DNA of 64,000 nucleotides from the IMG/VR virus record IMGVR_UViG_3300032282_005937, positions 6,881-70,880 of that record, one strand, 5' to 3'. The notes under the pieces are model-generated. The model had not been told where the DNA came from. It saw nothing but the letters and a program-made list of their open reading frames with translations, and searched no databases. Positions 57,903 to 64,000 of the stretch are shown one piece after another (position 1 is the first letter of the stretch; every line of letters begins with the position of its first letter). The translations under genes were made by a program, and so were the position numbers. Origin of the DNA: a virus. Its lineage: Duplodnaviria > Caudoviricetes.

Positions 57903-59144
57903 TTAAACAAAATCCCCGCCATAAGTCCAAGTAACACTTCTAGTAACTTTTCCAGATCTTTCATCATAAGTTTTTTCATCTTTATCAACAAAAGAATTTC
58001 CTGCTGGCTTATACTCGCTAACTGATGGTTCACCATTACTGCCATCCTTATATATTACCGTAATATTCACAGATAAACTACCCTGTTTTTTAGTTCCAAA
58101 TCTTTGTAGAATTGGACCTGATTCTTTTCCGATAGCTGGAATAGAAGCATAAAATTCTGTTGGTATATTATCGGTTACATCTACAGTCCTATAAATCTCA
58201 CCAGACTTTTCAATTCCACCAGAAGCATCCATATTTACCGTTATGGTTCCACCTACAACATTTCTTGCAACAGAAATTGATTTTATTTTATCAGTAGTAG
58301 AACCATCATACCCATCCCCAATTTCTGGAATTGTCATTGTTCCAAAATAAGCATTTGCATTTGCATACTTATCTCCATTTGAACCAGCAAGACCTTTTAT
58401 GTTTATTTGTTTTGAAAAAGTTTTAAAAACTGAATCAGCAGATTCTTTTATAGAATATGTTTCCTCAACTAAGGCACTTGTACTACATATAGTCCAACTT
58501 TCTGTGCATTCAACCGAATTTTTTTGAGTGTTAACTGTATAGTTAGTCGTTTTGTTGTAAGCTGAACCTGTTGTGGCTGGCAAATAAGTTCCAGCACCAC
58601 CAACACTAGATGAGGCTGGCAATTTTTCTATAGCCAATTGATAGGTTGCAGTTTCAGAACTAGTTAATGTAATACTTCTAGATCTTGTTACTTTTACAAA
58701 CCTGTTGTATTCATCTGCTGGATCTAAAGACCAATTTTCATCAACTTCTTGTGATTCAAATAAAACCTTCTCAAAAACTATTGTGTAATCAGCAAAAATA
58801 TTGCTTGCATCAACTTGATAAGATTTTGATTTTAATTTTACCTTACCAGAAATAAAAGGAATGCTCATTGTGCCAGTAACAAATAAATCATTTACAGAAT
58901 GAACAACTGCTCCTTCTATTGCTGCATGTGCTGCATTTATTATTCCAAGTCTTCCTTTTTCATCGCCTTGTGCAAGATCTGTAACTGTTCCATCGCCACC
59001 TTTTTCAAGAGAAAGAGCTTTTCCTTTTAAGGTTACTATTAATGTACTTTTTTTTACTTTTCCGTTTTCTTTGAATTCATTTTCTGTTTGTGCTGTTACA
59101 AGCGGTGTTGGAACTATGACTGTTCCATTAAGGGTTATTGCCAT
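57903..59144 (-). CDS. putative tail protein (paralog A)
   Basis: Beta-rich; resembles the neighbour (NG...P, E.W......KV, GP..Q..G.KK, TR...W). Confidence 0.55.
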   Translation of the reverse strand: MAITLNGTVIVPTPLVTAQTENEFKENGKVKKSTLIVTLKGKALSLEKGGDGTVTDLAQGDEKGRLGIINAAHAAIEGAVVHSVNDLFVTGTMSIPFISGKVKLKSKSYQVDASNIFADYTIVFEKVLFESQEVDENWSLDPADEYNRFVKVTRSRSITLTSSETATYQLAIEKLPASSSVGGAGTYLPATTGSAYNKTTNYTVNTQKNSVECTESWTICSTSALVEETYSIKESADSVFKTFSKQINIKGLAGSNGDKYANANAYFGTMTIPEIGDGYDGSTTDKIKSISVARNVVGGTITVNMDASGGIEKSGEIYRTVDVTDNIPTEFYASIPAIGKESGPILQRFGTKKQGSLSVNITVIYKDGSNGEPSVSEYKPAGNSFVDKDEKTYDERSGKVTRSVTWTYGGDFV

Positions 59145-59147
59145 TTA

Positions 59148-60431
59148 TTACTCCCATATAAAAACTGTAGTTCTTGTTGTTTTTCCAGCAGCAAGATTTT
59201 TTTGTTTGTTGTCAGATTCAATTATGTAATCACCAGTAGGAGCATATTCCAGCGTATCTAAAACAGGATCAGTAAGAGAAACGGCTTCTATAGTAACTGT
59301 TTTTGTATGAACCTTTTTTATACCAATGTCTTGAAATAATGGTCCTCCACCACCATAGATTGTTTGATGTATTACATATGTTTCTGGTGGAGCAGCTAAT
59401 GGACCCATTTCTGTTATATTTACCTTTTTACTTTTTGAACCATCTGTTGGTTTAGGATAATCTTCTACTTGGTAATCATAATTGATTATTCCCTTAATTT
59501 CATCGTGACTTTCTGATGTTGATACAATTGTAATAGCTGCGTAAGTTGTAATTAATGCAGCTTTAACAGTTGCCCATAAACTAGATGCTGGACCATATCT
59601 GTCATTACTTCCACCATTTAAACCCGATATGGTTCCGCTAATTGAAGTTGTTCCTCTAAAAGAATTAGAGTCGTGTTTTTGCGTTATTGTTTGCTCATGA
59701 GTTGCTAATGCAGCTTCGCCAGTAGCTGGACTATGATATGATAGTTCAACATCGGCAGAAGCTTCACCAGTTGATATGTTTACTCTATAAGATATTTTTT
59801 TATTATGTGCATTAGTAAATGTTCCATCAGTAGCACTACTTATGTCGGTTGGTATTGTAGAGGCTATGTTTTCATCAACTTTTGCTTTAGCCTTTTTCCA
59901 ACCTGGTTCCCATATGCCATTAACATTTGTATCTTTACATTTTGCAGAAATCTTATGAGAGACTTTTGTAAATCTTTTATCTTCATCACTTACTTCTACA
60001 GTCCAAGATTCATCAAAATTTAAATTTATTTCATCCTTTGCTGGAACTTTTACACCAGCATATGTAAATGAATCAGCCTCCATTTCAATGTTGTAATCTG
60101 CAAAATCAACCAAAATTCCCTCATCGGAAGAAAAGGATTTTATTCTACCGCTACAAGAAAATGTTCCACTTCCATTTTTAGATGTGAATGAAAAATCTTT
60201 TATTTCACCATCTGAAGAATATGAACATGCTTGCTTTATTGCTTCTATTTTTCCAAGCACATAAGTGTGTTTTCCACCACTTGATCCACTTTGAGGGGCT
60301 ACTATTTTTCCTTTTACAGATATGTTAAAAAGATATTTTTCTAATTTTCCACTAGGCAAAAATTCTGTTTGTTGAGATACGCTTACTGATTGTATTGGAT
60401 CTAATTGTACACCATTAAAAGTTGCTGGCAT
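59148..60431 (-). CDS. putative tail protein (paralog B)
   Basis: Same motifs as 57903-59144; GAGG SD. Confidence 0.55.
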   Translation of the reverse strand: MPATFNGVQLDPIQSVSVSQQTEFLPSGKLEKYLFNISVKGKIVAPQSGSSGGKHTYVLGKIEAIKQACSYSSDGEIKDFSFTSKNGSGTFSCSGRIKSFSSDEGILVDFADYNIEMEADSFTYAGVKVPAKDEINLNFDESWTVEVSDEDKRFTKVSHKISAKCKDTNVNGIWEPGWKKAKAKVDENIASTIPTDISSATDGTFTNAHNKKISYRVNISTGEASADVELSYHSPATGEAALATHEQTITQKHDSNSFRGTTSISGTISGLNGGSNDRYGPASSLWATVKAALITTYAAITIVSTSESHDEIKGIINYDYQVEDYPKPTDGSKSKKVNITEMGPLAAPPETYVIHQTIYGGGGPLFQDIGIKKVHTKTVTIEAVSLTDPVLDTLEYAPTGDYIIESDNKQKNLAAGKTTRTTVFIWE

Positions 60432-60432
60432 T

Positions 60433-62412
60433 TTATACCTCGTTTACTTTTATGAACATCTTCATATCAGCAAAATGATATGTGTAAAAATTAAGTCCAT
60501 GCATATATAAATACAGTTTATTATCTGACCCCACCACAACATTTGGCATACTTAAGTTAACAGACGAATTTAAATTGTCATATCCACTTTGAAATAAATC
60601 TACATAATTATTTGAAGATGTCTTACCTTCTACAAATAAATTCATAATATTTGCATAGTGTTCATTATCTCTAGAAACAAATAGGTCTATTTGCCCATTG
60701 TTTGGCAGATAACCCTGAGATGTTCCAGTTCCTTCTATGTAAAGCGTTTTCTGTGTATTTTTTCCTAAAGTGTCATTAAATAATGTTAAATTTAAATAAT
60801 TTTCAATATTTTTCTTAATTGTTAAAGACTGTGTATACAAAGTCATTCCACCAGAAAAATCTCCAATTAATGGAACTTCCATGTATAAATTAAGACTTTG
60901 ATGCTCACAGCTTCTAATAAAAAGATTCATTCCCCTATAAAATATTCTTATCGCTTCATCGCCCTGCATATAAAGATTTGTTTTACTGTTAAACGCTATT
61001 CTTTTGGGTCCACTAATATAAAGTGGCAATATTTTTTGAGGGTCTTGCTTTAAAAACAATTCAATTTTATCATCAACTATGCATTTTACAAACATGTTTA
61101 AATTTGATTGCATATTTGAAAGTGTAAATAGTGAAATTGCATTTTCTATAAGCGATTTTGTAAACAACATTCTTGTGGCTGTAATTCTACCAGCACCATC
61201 TATAAACAATGTTGATGTATTTGAATAAGCACCTCTACTATATAGGTTTATTAAAGATACATTTTTAATATTTGATTTAAGAAATAGATTTAATTGAGAT
61301 GCAGGATTTGATTTTAAAAACATTCTCATGATTTTAATAAAATCTTTATTTCCATGAGTAAATAAATTTACATTGTTTTCTTCTGCATTTTTAATAAACA
61401 ATGAAACATTTGGTATTCCAACATTTATTGAATCTAAAAAATAAATTAGTGAGAAACTTTCACTTATAGCAGGAGTTACACATGGGTTTGTAAACCTTAA
61501 AGTAAAATCTCCACCTGGATATATTTTTAAATTTGAAAATGTTGCTATGCCGTCTATAGCTTGCACCATAGTTGTACCGATAAATGTTCCTGTTCCAGTA
61601 TATATTTCTGCTGTAATTCGTAAATTAGAAGAGGTTACCACTTGATTGTATGCATCTCTAACCTCTATAACTGTAGCACCTAAAGCAACATTAGTGTAAG
61701 TGCCTGTTGGCTGAGTAGTTATGACCAATTGTGTTTCAGTAGTTATCTCATTACAGTAGATAGTTTGTATATTTGCTATTTCTGTAGAATCAATTGCTTC
61801 GTCATATATTCTTAAGTCATCTAATTGATATCCGTTAGAGGTATTAGTTATAAAAAATATGTTTGTATTATCAACTATTCTCTCTGTGCTAAATGGTATT
61901 GAATAATCTAATGTGTTTGGACTTGGTGTTGTACCATCAAAAAAAAGATCTTGTTGAGTTCCATTTAATGCCAAAGATAATGGTTCATTTGGGCCTTTAT
62001 AAATAATAATTATGTTTGTGAACTGTTGATTAAAATCAGTCGCACCCAATTTTATTAAAGCTACTCCAGAATCAAAACCATTATTAAAACCAACGCTTAA
62101 GCTATCTGTAGATGTTTTTATTGAAATATAAAACCTTGTATCCCCACCACCATAAATGTAAAATATAATATCTTCTTCAACACTTTTTACCCAAAATGAT
62201 ATTGTCCAAGGAGCATCTACAGTTGATGGCAATGGGTTTGATTGTGTAAATACGCCACTAGTCAATGGGCCATGAAAGCCATCTTGAAAATTTAAACACT
62301 TTTGAACTAACCCATCAACAAATGTGACAAGACCTCTAGTATTAGAAAAATCTAAATTTCCTATACTATCAGTTAAATCATTGTTGAATTTCCATTGATG
62401 TATTAATGCCAT
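60433..62412 (-). CDS. LamG/concanavalin-like + Ig-like domain virion protein with L.LF repeats
   Basis: LIHQWKFN, WTISFWVK, LDDLRIYD.A; LVITTQP...VRDA....G.ATFSNL; many (L/M)NLF units. Confidence 0.65.
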   Translation of the reverse strand: MALIHQWKFNNDLTDSIGNLDFSNTRGLVTFVDGLVQKCLNFQDGFHGPLTSGVFTQSNPLPSTVDAPWTISFWVKSVEEDIIFYIYGGGDTRFYISIKTSTDSLSVGFNNGFDSGVALIKLGATDFNQQFTNIIIIYKGPNEPLSLALNGTQQDLFFDGTTPSPNTLDYSIPFSTERIVDNTNIFFITNTSNGYQLDDLRIYDEAIDSTEIANIQTIYCNEITTETQLVITTQPTGTYTNVALGATVIEVRDAYNQVVTSSNLRITAEIYTGTGTFIGTTMVQAIDGIATFSNLKIYPGGDFTLRFTNPCVTPAISESFSLIYFLDSINVGIPNVSLFIKNAEENNVNLFTHGNKDFIKIMRMFLKSNPASQLNLFLKSNIKNVSLINLYSRGAYSNTSTLFIDGAGRITATRMLFTKSLIENAISLFTLSNMQSNLNMFVKCIVDDKIELFLKQDPQKILPLYISGPKRIAFNSKTNLYMQGDEAIRIFYRGMNLFIRSCEHQSLNLYMEVPLIGDFSGGMTLYTQSLTIKKNIENYLNLTLFNDTLGKNTQKTLYIEGTGTSQGYLPNNGQIDLFVSRDNEHYANIMNLFVEGKTSSNNYVDLFQSGYDNLNSSVNLSMPNVVVGSDNKLYLYMHGLNFYTYHFADMKMFIKVNEV

Positions 62413-62428
62413 ATGTTAATCCTTGAAT

Positions 62429-64000
62429 TTATGTATTCATTTCATTCTTGTTGTTGTTCATAATTGCTGAACTAATCATACTTGCAACATTAGTTGTTAT
62501 ACCGCTTAGTGATTGCTGTATTGCAGTTAATACACTTGCAGTGTTAAAACTTACATTCAATGATAATGGTGCAATAGCCAAAGTTATTGTTTTTGGTATA
62601 AGACTTAGTGAAGATACTAGATTATTAACTGCTCTTTCAAAAGCTAGACTACTAGCATACATTGATGATGCTGAGGTATTCATTATACCTCCAACTTTAT
62701 TAATTAGAGATATTGATGATGTTATTGTACCAGCAGTTTGTGCAAGATTTGATCCTAATAATGATGCACCAGAAGCCACAGAAGCTGCTACATCTTGTAT
62801 ACTTGCGAATCCAGCTTTAAGCGTTCTAAGATCAAGGTTAGCACTAGAAATGCCACCAGAACTTGGGGGAACAGCACCGCCACCATCATAGTAGCCAACT
62901 TTTCCACCCTTGGCATAATTATTAACCCTATCTAAAAATGCAGTTCCAACTCTATCTACTGCTGGTTTACTTACAACAAACTCACCAGGAGTTAACATAG
63001 CTGGTTGAGTGTCAGTAGTTGAGCCACCGTTGGCAAAAAATCTGCTTGGTTGATTATAGTGCGACATTCTTGCATTTTTAATAACATCTAATGCCGTAGA
63101 AGCTGCCACATCTGTGTTATTTACTGATAAGTTTCCTAGTCCACTATTTTGCAATGAAGCTATTGCCTGTTGAGCTATGCCAACATTGCTTCCTGGAATG
63201 TCTGCAAGGCTACTTCCAGCCAAAGCTTTATTAGCACTAACACCTTGGAATGTTTGATTTCCAGCTTTACTAAAACCAAGCTCATTCATATAATCTTTAA
63301 GGCTAACCTTATCATAGTTTTTACCATCATCACCATGATTTGGTGGACCACCAATTAATCCAGATATGTAACGACTTCCAACAGCAGATGTTCTATATCC
63401 AGTTATTGGTGCTCTAGAAATTTCTTTGTTGTTAAGAATATCATTAAAAGCCCAATCTTCCATTGCGAATTTTGCAACACCAGCCATTTTTGGTGAACCA
63501 TATGGAGAATCAGATAGTGCATTTAGTCCACCAACATAATTAGGGATTGGACCACCACCAAAACTTATATTTCCATAGTTAGCAGTAGACCCAAATTCTT
63601 TAAGGTGTTTTTGTCCTATGCTGGTATTAAAAGTATATCTTCCATATCCTGGCTTATTTAAAGAACCTGTTCTATCTGCCATATAATTGGCCAAACCGCC
63701 AAGAGTGTTTGCATTGACTCTAGGGTTAAAGACTCTAGAAGCTAAATAGCCTTGTGTTCCTATATCAAAGTCTGTCCTATCTCTTTCATTAGAGTAAATG
63801 TAACCTCTACCTGGAGATTGTCCACTATATGCAGCATAGTATGGGTTTATAGCTTGAAGATCACCACCACGATATAAGTACTTTACCGCCCCACCACTGT
63901 TAAGATTTTGCAAGAGAGGGAGATTAGCAGAAGTTGCCCTAGCATTAACTACATACTCACCAGGAGATAGTATTGCTGGTACAGTATCACTACCCTTTGC
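62429..64000 (-). CDS. tape-measure-like protein, C-terminal part (5' end beyond window)
   Basis: Frame is open to the window edge; two DT.PA.L.PGE.VV motifs (FANGG...TDTQPAMLTPGEFVV; SDTVPAILSPGEYVV); Ala/Ser-rich end. Confidence 0.7.
   Translation of the reverse strand, partial: AKGSDTVPAILSPGEYVVNARATSANLPLLQNLNSGGAVKYLYRGGDLQAINPYYAAYSGQSPGRGYIYSNERDRTDFDIGTQGYLASRVFNPRVNANTLGGLANYMADRTGSLNKPGYGRYTFNTSIGQKHLKEFGSTANYGNISFGGGPIPNYVGGLNALSDSPYGSPKMAGVAKFAMEDWAFNDILNNKEISRAPITGYRTSAVGSRYISGLIGGPPNHGDDGKNYDKVSLKDYMNELGFSKAGNQTFQGVSANKALAGSSLADIPGSNVGIAQQAIASLQNSGLGNLSVNNTDVAASTALDVIKNARMSHYNQPSRFFANGGSTTDTQPAMLTPGEFVVSKPAVDRVGTAFLDRVNNYAKGGKVGYYDGGGAVPPSSGGISSANLDLRTLKAGFASIQDVAASVASGASLLGSNLAQTAGTITSSISLINKVGGIMNTSASSMYASSLAFERAVNNLVSSLSLIPKTITLAIAPLSLNVSFNTASVLTAIQQSLSGITTNVASMISSAIMNNNKNEMNT

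Noticed and set aside
62448-62891. 147-aa plus-strand ORF and other short antisense ORFs in the track (e.g. 38954-39469, 32704-33060, 17703-18047)
   Set aside because: They lie antisense to well-supported genes and lack motifs or SD sites; most likely shadow ORFs.
1-64000. Alternative genetic code (stop-codon reassignment)
   Set aside because: Conserved genes are full length under code 11, and TAA, TAG and TGA all occur as ends of coupled genes.

Overview
AT-rich (~30% GC by eye), densely coded segment of a large tailed dsDNA phage using the standard genetic code. No rRNA, tRNA or CRISPR array was seen. (i) 1-21 kb: accessory genes, including a pyrimidine-dimer glycosylase, a ferritin/Dps-like protein, a glycan synthesis/modification cassette, peptide deformylase, ThyX, HNH nucleases and a papain-like protease cassette. 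(ii) 21-40 kb: nucleotide metabolism and replication (class II RNR, intein-containing RecA, DnaB, DnaG, dNMP kinase, Cas4-like nuclease, DnaE split into two genes around a DnaQ-like exonuclease, SSB). (iii) 40-50 kb: a second large glycosyltransferase cluster containing PhoH. (iv) 52-64 kb, minus strand: virion/tail module up to a tape-measure-like gene cut by the window edge. Top leads: a glycosylation apparatus of about 15 GT-like genes plus tailoring enzymes, next to a tail protein with a mucin-like Thr repeat; an intein-less split DnaE; a Glu-initiated class 3 intein with a degenerate LAGLIDADG domain; a structured 300-nt intergenic element; and a recurrent GGTGTAT promoter-like motif. All product calls come from recognising motifs by eye; no database searches were run.
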